Shown: positions 9,187-18,863 of the stretch, piece by piece
How positions within the stretch are numbered: the first letter of the stretch is position 1
Layout: each line of letters begins with the position of its first letter
Source of the DNA: Gammaproteobacteria bacterium
Lineage (GTDB): Bacteria; Pseudomonadota; Gammaproteobacteria; Arenicellales; Poriferihabitantaceae
Direction of reading: 5' to 3'
Assembly: GCA_028817405.1 (NCBI GenBank)
Contig: JAPPPS010000130.1
Coordinates: 6,345-70,344 of the forward strand
DNA length: 64,000 nucleotides
The notes under the pieces: model-generated
What the model saw: the letters and a program-made list of their open reading frames with translations, nothing else
Told to the model about the DNA's origin: nothing
The model's database searches: none
Program-made: the position numbers and the translations under genes

Positions 9187-11529
9187 TTAAGCGCGCGACA
9201 AATGCAGCACCGAATCTTCGGCATGCAGCCGGCGCATGATGGCCGCCAAGTGTTTGCGCCCGGTGACTTCGATGATGAACGACATCGACGACGAGTTGTG
9301 ATGCTGCGGGTCGACTTGCAAGTTGTTGATGTTGGATTCGTGCTCGGCGATGATGTTGCTGACGCGCGCGAGAACCCCGGGCTGGTCGCGGGTTTCCATC
9401 TTCACCGTGACTTGAAACTTGCCCTGCGTCGATTCCGACCACGCGAGATGAAAACAGTTGTCCGGATGACGCATGATTTCGCGGCGATTGGGGCAGTTGG
9501 AACGGTGCACAACCAAACCGCGGCCGGTGGTCATGGCGCCGATAATCGGGTCGCCGGGAATGGGGTGACAACAACTCGCATGCGTGACCAACAATCTTTC
9601 GGTGCCTTCGATGGTCATGGCCGCGGGTTTGTTATCACCGTCGCCGCTGTTGCCGCGGTTTTTGCCGTCGAGGTTTTGCGTCTCGGCAATCAATTGTTTG
9701 GCGACCAAAGTCGGCAAGCGGCGGCCGAATCCGATGTCGCGCAGTAATTGATTCCAGTCGTCCATCTGCAAGTGCTGCAGCAGCGTTACTTTATGCGCGC
9801 TGGGGATGCGCATGCGCCGGTAGCCTTGTTTGCCGAGAGATTGCTTCAAAAGTTTGCCGCCCAACTTGAACGACTCTTTGTCTTTTTGACGGTTGAGAAC
9901 ATGTCGAATCGCCGAACGCGCTTTGGAAGTGACCGCGTAGTCCAGCCACGCCGGCAACGGCCGCGCGCTGCGCGAGGTGACGATTTCCACATGGTCGCCG
10001 TTGTTCAATGTTTCATGCAGCGGCACCATGTACTGGTTGATGCGCGCGCCGATGCAGCGGTTGCCGACGCCGGTGTGCACCGCGTACGCGAAGTCCAACG
10101 CCGTGGCCCCGCGCGGCAGGCGTTTGATGTCGCCTTTGGGCGTGAACACATACACTTCGTCCGGAAACAAATCCGCCTTCAAGTGTTCCAAAAACTCGCC
10201 GGAGTCGCCGGACTCCTGCTGCGACTCAAGAAAACTGCTGAGCCACTGCTGCGCCAACTGCTGCGGCGCATGCTCGCCGGTGGTCTCGGTTTTATACAAC
10301 CAGTGCGATGCCACGCCGTTCTCGGCCACGCGGTGCATCGCGCGGCTGCGAATTTGCACTTCAACCGACTGACCGAACGGTCCGATAACTACGGTGTGCA
10401 GCGATTGGTAACCGTTGACCTTGGGGATGGCGATGTAGTCCTTGAAACTTTCCGGGCGCGGTTTGTATAACTGGTGCATGACGCCGAGCGCGTGGTAGCA
10501 CTGCGGCCGGGTTTCGGTGACGATGCGAATCGCGTTGATGTCCTGCACTTCGCGCAACAATAATTTCTTCTGCCGCATCTTGCGGTAGATGCTGTAAATG
10601 TCTTTTTCCCGGCCGCTGACTTCGGCGTCGATGCCGGCGCGCTCCAGTTCGGCGCGGGTGCGGTCGCACAACTCGCCGAGCACCGATTTGCGTCCGCGCT
10701 TTTTGCCGCTCAACTTTTTGGCGATGGCGTTGTAGCGTTTGGGGTAGAGCGTCGACAATCCTAAGTCTTCAAGTTTCTGCGCCAAGTCGCGCATGCCGAG
10801 GCGGTTGGCGATGGGCGCGTAAATCTCCAGCGTCTGACGGGCGATGCGGCGGCGTTTTTCCGCGCGCAGCGGCGTCAAGGTGCGCATGTTGTGCAGGCGG
10901 TCGGCGAGTTTGATGATGATGACGCGCAAGTCTTTGGCGGTGGCCATGAACATCTTGCGAAACGATGCGGCCTCGGCGTGCTTCGGTTCCATCTCCAGTT
11001 GGCTGACCTTGCTGACGCCGTCGACCAACGCCGCCACATCGTCGCCGAAACGCCCGGCCACTTGGGCCACGGTGATGTCGGTGTCCTCGACCACATCGTG
11101 CAGCACCGCGGCGATGATGGTGCGGCTGTCCATGCGCATCTCGCCGAGGATGCGCGCCACCGCCAGCGGGTGGTCGATGTACGCCTCGCCGCTGATGCGC
11201 GTCTGCCCGGCATGCGCCTCGGCGCCGAAGCGGCAGGCGTCGCGGATGTCGGCCACCGCGGCCTCGCCGAGGTAGGCGCGCAAGTCGTCGAGCAGCGCAT
11301 CCAGCAGCGCGCGACTGCGGCGGCCGGCCGGCCGCCACGGCCGCGAGTCGCCGGGCAACTCTGACACCTTTGGCTGTTTTGACCTGGGCGGAACGAGCGC
11401 TTTCGGCGGCAAGCCCGGTGCCGCCAACCCCGCGGCCGCCGGCCGGCTTGGCGCGGCCGCGGCCCGGAGCGCGGTCGCCTCAGGCGGAGTCCGTTTCCAG
11501 CGTCGGCTCAGCGGCAGCCGGCTCGGCAC
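9187..11529 (-). CDS. spoT: bifunctional (p)ppGpp synthetase/hydrolase; true start probably downstream of 11529 (e.g. GTG 11367)
   Basis: HD domain ([20 protein letters not shown]), synthetase, TGS (VYVFTPKG) and ACT domains; follows rpoZ. Confidence 0.95.
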   Translation of the reverse strand: MPSRLPLSRRWKRTPPEATALRAAAAPSRPAAAGLAAPGLPPKALVPPRSKQPKVSELPGDSRPWRPAGRRSRALLDALLDDLRAYLGEAAVADIRDACRFGAEAHAGQTRISGEAYIDHPLAVARILGEMRMDSRTIIAAVLHDVVEDTDITVAQVAGRFGDDVAALVDGVSKVSQLEMEPKHAEAASFRKMFMATAKDLRVIIIKLADRLHNMRTLTPLRAEKRRRIARQTLEIYAPIANRLGMRDLAQKLEDLGLSTLYPKRYNAIAKKLSGKKRGRKSVLGELCDRTRAELERAGIDAEVSGREKDIYSIYRKMRQKKLLLREVQDINAIRIVTETRPQCYHALGVMHQLYKPRPESFKDYIAIPKVNGYQSLHTVVIGPFGQSVEVQIRSRAMHRVAENGVASHWLYKTETTGEHAPQQLAQQWLSSFLESQQESGDSGEFLEHLKADLFPDEVYVFTPKGDIKRLPRGATALDFAYAVHTGVGNRCIGARINQYMVPLHETLNNGDHVEIVTSRSARPLPAWLDYAVTSKARSAIRHVLNRQKDKESFKLGGKLLKQSLGKQGYRRMRIPSAHKVTLLQHLQMDDWNQLLRDIGFGRRLPTLVAKQLIAETQNLDGKNRGNSGDGDNKPAAMTIEGTERLLVTHASCCHPIPGDPIIGAMTTGRGLVVHRSNCPNRREIMRHPDNCFHLAWSESTQGKFQVTVKMETRDQPGVLARVSNIIAEHESNINNLQVDPQHHNSSSMSFIIEVTGRKHLAAIMRRLHAEDSVLHLSRA

Positions 11530-11809
11530 GGGTTTCCTCTTCGATGGAGTCGCCGTCGCGCGCGTATTCGGGCGCGTCCTGTTCGCCGAAAGTCAGTTCC
11601 GGGAACGGCGGCGGCTCTTCCAGAATCGACGGCCCGATGAGTCCCTCGGCGATTTCGCGCAGCGCGACCACGGTCATCTTGTCGTTCTTGGCGTCGACCA
11701 GCGGCTCGGCGCCCAACATCAGTTGCCGGGTCCGCCGCGTCGCCACCATGACCAACTGAAAGCGGTTGTCTACATGTTCCAGACAATCGGTTACGGTTAC
11801 GCGTGCCAT
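11480..11809 (-). CDS. rpoZ: RNA polymerase omega subunit
   Basis: [10 protein letters not shown]...[16 protein letters not shown]...ALREI. Confidence 0.95.
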   Translation of the reverse strand: MARVTVTDCLEHVDNRFQLVMVATRRTRQLMLGAEPLVDAKNDKMTVVALREIAEGLIGPSILEEPPPFPELTFGEQDAPEYARDGDSIEEETRAEPAAAEPTLETDSA

Positions 11810-11961
11810 GTTGCTTTCCTCTCTGCGTTGAAGGGTGAAAGTTGAACGGCCGCCATTTTACGGCGACCGCTGTTGCTACTGTGTCACTGTCGTGTCACTG
11901 TCGAATTCATGGTTTCATTCATCGCGCGGTTCATCGCCGCCGGAATCAACCGTCGCCGGAG

Positions 11962-12543
11962 TCAACCGTCGCCGGAATCAACCGCCACCGGCAACACCGC
12001 TTCGAGTTCCGCCAGCGCACGGTCGAACTGCTCGTTGACGATGATGTAATCATACTCGTTTGCGTGGCTCATTTCATCCCGCGCCGCGCGCATGCGTTCG
12101 GCGATGACCGCATCGGCGTCTTGGCGGCGCGCGCGCAGCCGCTGCTCCAGCGCATCCAACGACGGCGGCATCACGAACACCGACTTGGCGGCCGGAAACT
12201 GGCGGCGCACCGCGCGCGCGCCCTGCCAGTCGATTTCCAAGATAGCATGTTTGCCGCGCGAAATCAGCGCCTCAATCGCATCCGCCGAAGTGCCGTAGTG
12301 GTTGCCGAACACGCTCGCGTATTCGATGAACCGGCCGGCCGCAATCATCGCCGCAAACGCGGCCGCGTCGACGAAATAATAATCCACGCCGTGCGTCTCG
12401 CCGGGCCGCTGCGCGCGCGTGGTATGCGACACCGCCAGCGCGGCATCCGGCCGCCTGGCCACCAGTCGCCGCGCCAAACTGGTCTTGCCGGCCCCGGACG
12501 GCGCGGAGAGAATGATGACCGCGGGGGAGGGGGAGTCGTTCAT
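11962..12543 (-). CDS. gmk: guanylate kinase
   Basis: SAPSGAGKTS P-loop, SHTTRAQRPGE, YGTS, LEIDWQGA; ATG at 12543 overlaps the upstream TAA. Confidence 0.95.
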   Translation of the reverse strand: MNDSPSPAVIILSAPSGAGKTSLARRLVARRPDAALAVSHTTRAQRPGETHGVDYYFVDAAAFAAMIAAGRFIEYASVFGNHYGTSADAIEALISRGKHAILEIDWQGARAVRRQFPAAKSVFVMPPSLDALEQRLRARRQDADAVIAERMRAARDEMSHANEYDYIIVNEQFDRALAELEAVLPVAVDSGDG

Positions 12544-13685
12544 TAGTAGTCGACGTCCTCCGGTTCGATGCATTCATCTCCCCTTTTTTTCGCTCTTACC
12601 TTTGCCCAATTTAAGATTTTTATGTAATTCTGTCTGGCACTGGTTATGTCAGAAATTGTCGGGTCGTACCAGTGGTGGTGAACCACATTATTTCTAAATT
12701 TTCTAATCTGATGCATGGCGCTGCCAATGGTTTCGTTTTGAGGACGAAACCCTTCAATTTGGTCGTTGAAGTTGTCGAAATAATTTATCGGCAGACTTTC
12801 TTTCGCTAAAAATTCTTGAATGTTGGTGGCAATTCTCGTTGCCCATGCCGCGCATTTCTCGCGCTTTGAAAGAGTGATGCCGGCTGGAATCCATTCCGGT
12901 TGTGTTGATGCGAGCAGAACGTTCACAACCGTGGCGCCAAATTCAATTTCCGACAGATTTTTTTTCCATTTTCCGGCAAGCAAAAGACCGGCCGCCCATC
13001 CGAGTTCGGGAAGCATATCCGCTCCAAGTTGTTTCCCGCCAATTTTTTTATGGCAATGAGAATAGAATGTTTCACCGGTTTCCTTTTGAATGGATTCCCA
13101 GTCAATCAAATGACGATATGCGTCATCAGCCATAAAATCAAAGACACGCTTTATTTTATGCGTGCGAATGTAAGCGATTATCAACAAAGTTAAGAGTGAG
13201 TTTTCTTTCCAGAGTTGTTTAATGCCCCGCTCATCCGAGACATCGCAACTATAGTTTTGGATTGGCTCCGCGGGAGTCAGCAACCCGTAGAGTCCGGATA
13301 CAATCAGCAGATGGTCGCCGGATTGTTCGTCCAGATGCTGGATGTAATCGTCATTATCGCCAACGGCTTTATGAAATGCTTCATAGAATCTTCCCCCGGC
13401 GTATCTTTTTAGCGCGGGCAGATAACGACTATTGCCTGCTCTGTTATTGGGGTTTATGTCCGGTCCGCGTTGCAATTGTTTGTGCAATGAAATCGGCGCC
13501 GGAGAATTCTCCGGGCGTTCTTTGGTGATGTAATCAAACGCCCGGTTACGCGCCGCGGTTAACTCCTGCATCGCAACCGCATTTTCCGGAAACATATCCG
13601 CCATTTTCCGCCCATTAATGCTGCTGTACTCTTGCCCACCGTCGCATTTATGGTTGGAACAAATCGTCAAAATCAAATTACTCAT
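12543..13685 (-). CDS. YaaA/DUF328-like protein with C-terminal HEPN-like motif; low GC
   Basis: PALKRYAGGRFY and LIVSGLYGLLTPAEPIQNY resemble YaaA; C-terminal IRKFRNNVVH; GGAGG SD; AT-rich relative to flanks. Confidence 0.6.
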   Translation of the reverse strand: MSNLILTICSNHKCDGGQEYSSINGRKMADMFPENAVAMQELTAARNRAFDYITKERPENSPAPISLHKQLQRGPDINPNNRAGNSRYLPALKRYAGGRFYEAFHKAVGDNDDYIQHLDEQSGDHLLIVSGLYGLLTPAEPIQNYSCDVSDERGIKQLWKENSLLTLLIIAYIRTHKIKRVFDFMADDAYRHLIDWESIQKETGETFYSHCHKKIGGKQLGADMLPELGWAAGLLLAGKWKKNLSEIEFGATVVNVLLASTQPEWIPAGITLSKREKCAAWATRIATNIQEFLAKESLPINYFDNFNDQIEGFRPQNETIGSAMHQIRKFRNNVVHHHWYDPTISDITSARQNYIKILNWAKVRAKKRGDECIEPEDVDY

Positions 13686-13711
13686 GACTAAAACCTCCGA
13701 GAGATAAACGG

Positions 13712-14539
13712 TTACTGGGTCGACGCATCCGCCGCATCCGCCTCGCTTGAATCCTCAATCCGCAACTTCCGGTAATCAAAACCGGTCTCGACGGTCGGTT
13801 TAATCACCTTGAAGTACGGCGACACATCGAAGTCGCGCGGGGTGAAAAGGCTGTGGTGGCGGATGTGCAGAATTTCCTGCACGCTGTAATGATACAGCGA
13901 TATTTGCAGGCGGCGGTTGTGGTATTTGGAGATGACGGTTTTCTTTTTTTCCACGCGCGGCAGAATCGGGTAGCGAATCGACTGGAAGGTCTCGGCGATG
14001 AGCGTCGAGCAGATGGCGCGCGACGGGTCGCCGCTGCCGAACGCCAGCATGCGGCGGCGGTAACGAATCGGTATCGGCGGTGTGCGCAGCAGATAACGCG
14101 CCAGGTCGAAGATGTGTTTCAAGTCATAACCGAGGCCGATGCTGTCGACCATGCTTTTTACCACGGTGTCGCGGTCTTCGACGGTCAAGCCGACCGGGCG
14201 GCAGATGCGGGTGTTGAACGCGCGGTATTTGGACAGCGGCGAGGCGATGACGCCGTGCGCCAGTTCGGCCTCAACCAGCGGACACGGCTCGCCGTCGTCG
14301 GTGAACACGCCGGTGGCGTCGCCGGCGTAGAACGCCGAGTGCGACCAAGTCGACTGCGTGAGATATTTAATCGCGGTGCTGATGCGGGTGTCGCCTTCCA
14401 CCAGCAAAATGTCGGCCGGCTGCAAGTGCGCTTCCAGCACCGGCACATCGTAGGTGCAGAACGGTTCGTAGCCGGGAATCGGCGCGCTGAGATAACGCGC
14501 CAAGCGGCGGCCGATGTTGAGTCTGAAGGGGCCGGACAT
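13712..14539 (-). CDS. permuted papain-like (YiiX/YebB, NlpC/P60-related) amidase/hydrolase
   Basis: LQPADILL, TQSTWSHSAFY (His) upstream of ICSTLIA (Cys), and FTPRDFDVSP. Confidence 0.7.
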   Translation of the reverse strand: MSGPFRLNIGRRLARYLSAPIPGYEPFCTYDVPVLEAHLQPADILLVEGDTRISTAIKYLTQSTWSHSAFYAGDATGVFTDDGEPCPLVEAELAHGVIASPLSKYRAFNTRICRPVGLTVEDRDTVVKSMVDSIGLGYDLKHIFDLARYLLRTPPIPIRYRRRMLAFGSGDPSRAICSTLIAETFQSIRYPILPRVEKKKTVISKYHNRRLQISLYHYSVQEILHIRHHSLFTPRDFDVSPYFKVIKPTVETGFDYRKLRIEDSSEADAADASTQ

Positions 14540-14544
14540 GGTGA

Positions 14545-14693
14545 CGGTGTTGTCGGCGGCGACGGTGGATGCGACGGTGTTGCGACGGTGGGCGCGTTGG
14601 TGGCGACGGTGTTGCGACGGTGGGCGTGTTTGTGGTGACGGTGTGGCGGCGGCGGGTGGACCCGCGATGACCTTACGATGACCTACGATGACA
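14545..14693. repeat. intergenic tandem repeats
   Basis: two ~33-bp copies of gcgacggtgttgcgacggtgggcg..., then atgacc(t)tacg x2.5. Confidence 0.75.
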
Positions 14694-14720
14694 GTTGAGC
14701 GCGATTATAAACGCCGGCGT

Positions 14721-15908
14721 TCAAAGTTGCTCGCAAGCCGCGTCCGCGTGATACGGCGAATGCCGCTTGACCGCGTCGATATACCGCTCGACGCCGGATG
14801 TTTCATGCCCGACAAAACGCGCCACGGCATCGGCGAAAGCCGGCTCCGCCAAATAGTGCAGCGACCGCGTCGGCGTGGGCGAGAAGCCGCGCGCGATTTT
14901 GTGCTCGCCCTGCGCGCCGGGGTCGAAGCGCCGCAAACCGCGCTCGATGCACAACTCGATGCCTTGGTAGTAGCAGACCTCGAAGTGCAGGCAGTCGACC
15001 ATCTCGCGGCAGCCCCAGTGGCGGCCGTATAAAGTGTCGTCGTCCAAGTACATTAACGCGGCCGCGATGGGGTGTTCGGCATCGCCATCGCGCTGCGCCA
15101 ATACCAATTGCACTTGCTCTGGCATGGCATCGGCGACCGCGCGGAAAAAGTTTAAGTTGAATGCCGGGTAACCGTACTTGCGGTCGTAGATGGCGCGGTA
15201 CATCGAAGTGAAGTCGCGCCAGTCTTGCGCGGTGGCGGTATGACCGTCGAGGCGGCGGACGGTGACGCCGGCTTGCGCAACGCGCGCGCGTTCTTGGCGG
15301 ATGTTCTTGCGCTTTTTGGCTTTCAATGTGGCGAGGAAATCATCGAAGTCGCGGTAGTCGCGGTTGTGCCAGTGGAACTGGCAGTCGAGTCGCGATAACG
15401 CGCCGCGGATGTTGAGTTGCTCGAACTGGCGCGGCGCAACAAACAAACTATGCGCGCCGCTGAAGTTGCCGCGCCGCATCAATTCGCGCATGCCGTCGAC
15501 CAACTTCGCGGCGATTGTTGTCTCAAAGCCGCGCTCATCTTCGCGCACTAAGACGCGTTGCCCGGTCGCGGGCGTGAACGGAATCGCGTTCACCAACTTC
15601 GGGTAATACGCCAAGCCCGCGCGGTGGAACGCCTCGGCCCACGCGTGGTCGAACACGAACTCGCCCCACGAGTTGTGCTTTTCATACAACGGCATCGCGC
15701 CGACCAATTCATCGCCGTCAAAGCAGCCAAGATGGCGCGGAATCCAACCGCTTGATTCGCCGACGCAACCGTGCCGCTCCATCGCCGCCAAAAATTCATG
15801 GCGGACAAACGGATAACGCCCGCGCGCCAGCGCATTCCACTGGCGCGCGTCGATGTCATCAATAACGGAAAAAGTCGCGATTTTCACTGCGAAACGCAGT
15901 TGGGGCAA
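14721..15908 (-). CDS. GNAT/FemAB-like N-acetyltransferase (DUF482 type); start uncertain (TTG 15908 or nearby GTG)
   Basis: HSWGEFVFDH-like, YYPKL..AIPFTPATG, LYGRHWGC, HFEVCYYQGIE, GAQGEHK. Confidence 0.85.
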   Translation of the reverse strand: MPQLRFAVKIATFSVIDDIDARQWNALARGRYPFVRHEFLAAMERHGCVGESSGWIPRHLGCFDGDELVGAMPLYEKHNSWGEFVFDHAWAEAFHRAGLAYYPKLVNAIPFTPATGQRVLVREDERGFETTIAAKLVDGMRELMRRGNFSGAHSLFVAPRQFEQLNIRGALSRLDCQFHWHNRDYRDFDDFLATLKAKKRKNIRQERARVAQAGVTVRRLDGHTATAQDWRDFTSMYRAIYDRKYGYPAFNLNFFRAVADAMPEQVQLVLAQRDGDAEHPIAAALMYLDDDTLYGRHWGCREMVDCLHFEVCYYQGIELCIERGLRRFDPGAQGEHKIARGFSPTPTRSLHYLAEPAFADAVARFVGHETSGVERYIDAVKRHSPYHADAACEQL

Positions 15909-15960
15909 AGCGGCATTTTATCGCGGATAGGCGCGAGAGGGTAGGGCGGCTGCGGCGCAA

Positions 15961-16050
15961 TTCCCACCGCCACGCCCACAGTCCGCCCCCACCCGCCACG
16001 CCCGCACCTCACCCACCCGCCACGCCCGCAGGCTGTTAAGCGGGCGCCAG
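15961..16050 (+). repeat. REP-like palindrome copy preceded by two partial copies
   Basis: cgccacgcccgcaggctgttaagcgggcgc at 16018-16047; partial ccgccacgccc units at ~15966 and ~15993. Confidence 0.75.
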
Positions 16051-16165
16051 CACCTTTCCCCATCAGCGCGGCGGCGGCACAAAAATCGGCGATTCACCCA
16101 TTTTCGCAAGTTTGCTCCCACCGGCGGCCACAAATTCAGCGGCGAAAATAATACCGCGGAATGTA

Positions 16166-16757
16166 TGAACAGGTTCAAACACATTTGAGACATTTTTAGC
16201 CCAAAAAGGTCGGGTAGCCTCGCAGTTTTTCCATCTACAGAAAACCGGAGTCCACCCGATGCAGATAGAGAGTTTGCGGGTCAAATCATACCGCAGTTGG
16301 AAAGTCGACGAAGCGGCCGGCCGCGCCAAACCCAAACGCCCACGCGCGTTCGAACACCATGCCAAACGATGGCAATACGGCATGCGCGCCGCCGCGCCCG
16401 GCGAACTGGTGCAGATAGACCACATGAGCGTGTCGTTCCCCGGCGCCAGCGTGAAAAACTTCACCGCAGTATGCCCAACCACCGGCTACCTGACCGCCCA
16501 CGCATACAGCCGCGCCACCAGCCACAACGCCGCGCGCTTCCTCGAACATGTGCTGCACGCCATGCCGTTCGCCATCCACTCCATCCAAGTGGACGGCGGC
16601 AGCGAGTTCCGCGCCGCCTTCGAACACGCCTGCCAACAACACTACTGCCACCACCGACCACACGGCGGCAAACACCAAAACTTCCAAACCCCAATGGCAT
16701 ACTATCAATCCCTCAAACAGGCCGCCTGAACTGTCTCATATGTATTGAACCTGTACA
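16166..16757 (+). mobile_element. internally deleted IS481-like insertion sequence (~590 bp)
   Basis: imperfect terminal inverted repeats TGAACAGGTTCAAACACATTTGAGACA (16166-16192) and TGTCTCATATGTATTGAACCTGTACA (16732-16757), enclosing a transposase fragment. Confidence 0.75.
16259..16729 (+). pseudogene. truncated DDE integrase-core transposase
   Basis: PGELVQID...IQVDGGSEF retained; the segment that should carry the catalytic Glu (between ACQQ and HYxHHRPH) and the N-terminal HTH appear to be missing. Confidence 0.7.
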
Positions 16758-16762
16758 GCCCC

Positions 16763-16792
16763 TTGACGGATTATTATCGGCGCGCTTAATAT
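16763..16792 (+). promoter_or_regulatory. sigma70-like promoter
   Basis: TTGACG-N18-TAATAT upstream of ATG 16832. Confidence 0.5.
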
Positions 16793-16831
16793 CCCAAACC
16801 CGCATCATTTTGTCGCAACCGGACCTCCCGC

Positions 16832-17425
16832 ATGGACATCCTTATACTGATTCTTGTCGCAATCGTGTTGTTTGTTGTCGGCGCCGTTTTTGCGGCAAAG
16901 AACAACGCCGAACAAAAGCGGCAAAGCGTTGAACGGCAGGACGCCATCGCCGAAGAGTATGTGGTGCGAGCCAACCGAGGCGGCGGCTTGCCGACGGTGG
17001 ACACCAATGTCATGTTGAAGCGCGGCGAGGCCGCGTTTTATTCCGCGCCGACCGCTTTGTTTGAGACGCGCGCGGTGCGCCACAGCGCCGCCGGGCATGG
17101 CGGCATCCGCGTGGCGCGCGGCGTGTGGATTGGCGGCACGCGCGGCAAGGCGGAAAGCCATCAAGAGTGGCGTCGCATCGATGACGGGCATTTGACCGTG
17201 ACCAATCAACGAATTATTTTTGACGGCGGAAAAACCAATCGCACGGTGCCGCTGGACAAACTGATTTCTTGCGACACCAACATCGGCGAAGTGGAAATTT
17301 CGGCGAGCAACCGGCAAAAAAGCATGGTGTTCACGGCCGGGGAACAAGCCGGCGTGTTGGGCAGCGTCATTAAAATCACTTCCAACGCCATCAACGCCGG
17401 CGCGCCTTATTCGCCGGCCGGTTAA
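16832..17425 (+). CDS. membrane-anchored hypothetical protein with PH-like beta domain
   Basis: N-terminal hydrophobic helix; LKRGEAAFY...GIRVARGVWIG...DDGHLTVTNQRIIFDG pattern resembles bacterial PH-like folds. Confidence 0.6.
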   Translation: MDILILILVAIVLFVVGAVFAAKNNAEQKRQSVERQDAIAEEYVVRANRGGGLPTVDTNVMLKRGEAAFYSAPTALFETRAVRHSAAGHGGIRVARGVWIGGTRGKAESHQEWRRIDDGHLTVTNQRIIFDGGKTNRTVPLDKLISCDTNIGEVEISASNRQKSMVFTAGEQAGVLGSVIKITSNAINAGAPYSPAG

Positions 17426-17449
17426 GTTGCCGACGCGAATTGATAAACG

Positions 17450-17959
17450 ATGAGCGAACAGTCCCACTACGATGTGTTGGGAATCTCGCGCGATGCCGAT
17501 GCTACGGAAATACGCCGCGCATACAAACGCAAAGCGCAACGGTATCACCCCGACAAACGCGAGAATAAAGCGTTCGCCGACCATAAATTCAAACGCATAC
17601 AAGAAGCGTATCGCGTGTTGTCATCGCCGAGTGCGCGCGCCGAATATAATGCGCGACATGCGTTTGACGAAGACATCGACGCCACAAACAGCGCCGATAA
17701 CAAAACGCATGCCGCATCAATCGACGCGCGTTATTACATTTATGAAAACTGGCAAGCGGGCCCGCACAAAGCGGTCATTCATCACGCGGAATGCGGGCAC
17801 TGCAACCACGGTACCGGCCGCTCCGGCCGCAGCACCAATCCGCGTTACGGCAAATGGCATGGCGGCTTTGGCTCACTGGATGATGTCATGGCGTATCGGG
17901 AGACCTTGGGTGTCGCGGTTAAAAAGGAGTGCGCATGCATCGAACGATTGGCGCGTTAG
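17450..17959 (+). CDS. J-domain (DnaJ) protein with C-terminal His/Cys-rich domain
   Basis: HYDVLGIS...IRRAYKRKAQRYHPDK...FKRIQEAYRVLS; C-terminal HHAECGHC...CAC. Confidence 0.85.
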   Translation: MSEQSHYDVLGISRDADATEIRRAYKRKAQRYHPDKRENKAFADHKFKRIQEAYRVLSSPSARAEYNARHAFDEDIDATNSADNKTHAASIDARYYIYENWQAGPHKAVIHHAECGHCNHGTGRSGRSTNPRYGKWHGGFGSLDDVMAYRETLGVAVKKECACIERLAR

Positions 17960-18087
17960 AAGTGCCGGCGTGTTGTGCACTTTACCGCCCCAACCGCGGT
18001 CGCTCCGGCAAGCCGGCGCCATGCGCTGATGCCGACACCGGCTGCGCTATACTTCACCGTCGCCAACCCGCCGCCAGAAGAACCGTC

Positions 18088-18597
18088 ATGAAAAACAAAA
18101 ACGCCCTCACCGTCCGCTCCAACCCGGGTTTAGCCGAACTCAAACGCGCGGAAAATCTCCTCCGAATCACTTCGGAGATACTCGGCAAATCGATTGTGCC
18201 TGGCCACAACCGCACCGATGAACAGGGGCGGAAGCAGGGACATTGGGTTGAGCGGTTTGCCATTGGCTTTGGGGGAGACTTTGTGGAAGAAGATCCATAT
18301 GTTGACGGCGAGAGGCACGGCCACTGGGTTGAGCGGTGGGCTGGCACTGTGCGGGAAGGTCCATATGTGAACGGCAAGAGGCACGGCCATTGGGTTGAGC
18401 GATGCAGCGTTGGCAGTGTGTGTGAAGGCACATATGTTGACGGCAAACGGCATGGCCATTGGGTTAGGCGGTTTGCCAGTGGCAATGTGGATGAAGGCGC
18501 ATATGTGGACGGCAAAGAGCACGGCCGTTGGGTTGTGCGGACACCGGACGGAACAGAATGGACAATAAATTGGCGTCACGGGGAAATCGTGGAATAA
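18088..18597 (+). CDS. MORN-variant repeat protein, paralog 1 (5 repeats)
   Basis: ~23-aa repeats EGxYVDGKRHGHWVER; start set at ATG 18088 by match to paralog 2. Confidence 0.8.
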   Translation: MKNKNALTVRSNPGLAELKRAENLLRITSEILGKSIVPGHNRTDEQGRKQGHWVERFAIGFGGDFVEEDPYVDGERHGHWVERWAGTVREGPYVNGKRHGHWVERCSVGSVCEGTYVDGKRHGHWVRRFASGNVDEGAYVDGKEHGRWVVRTPDGTEWTINWRHGEIVE

Positions 18598-18623
18598 CTC
18601 CGCTATCGTGTGCGATGTTCCAC

Positions 18624-18665
18624 TGCCACGCCCGCAGTCTGCTGAGCGGGCATCCAGCGTTTTTT
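18624..18665 (+). repeat. REP-like palindrome copy
   Basis: tgccacgcccgcagtctgctgagcgggcatccagcgtt. Confidence 0.75.
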
Positions 18666-18714
18666 CCGCCATTCCGTGTTTGACGCGGGGGCGGAAATTT
18701 CTCGCCCCGACCGC

Positions 18715-18745
18715 TTGACACTGCGGTCGAGAGTGTGCGATAAGG
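18715..18745 (+). promoter_or_regulatory. probable sigma70 promoter
   Basis: perfect TTGACA, then TGcGATAAG; GGAGG SD before ATG 18864. Confidence 0.45.
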
Positions 18746-18863
18746 TGAATCGATTTACCAAGCACCCAACACCGACACCATCCCATTGGCTGGAAGCGCC
18801 GAACCCATCGGCAAAGTGCTGAAATCTTGCAATGTATCACTGTCAAACTAATCGGAGGTCAAA

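Noticed and set aside
17929-18087. 53-codon N-terminal extension of MORN paralog 1 given by the ORF track
   Set aside because: Overlaps the J-protein end, and homology with paralog 2 places the start at 18088.
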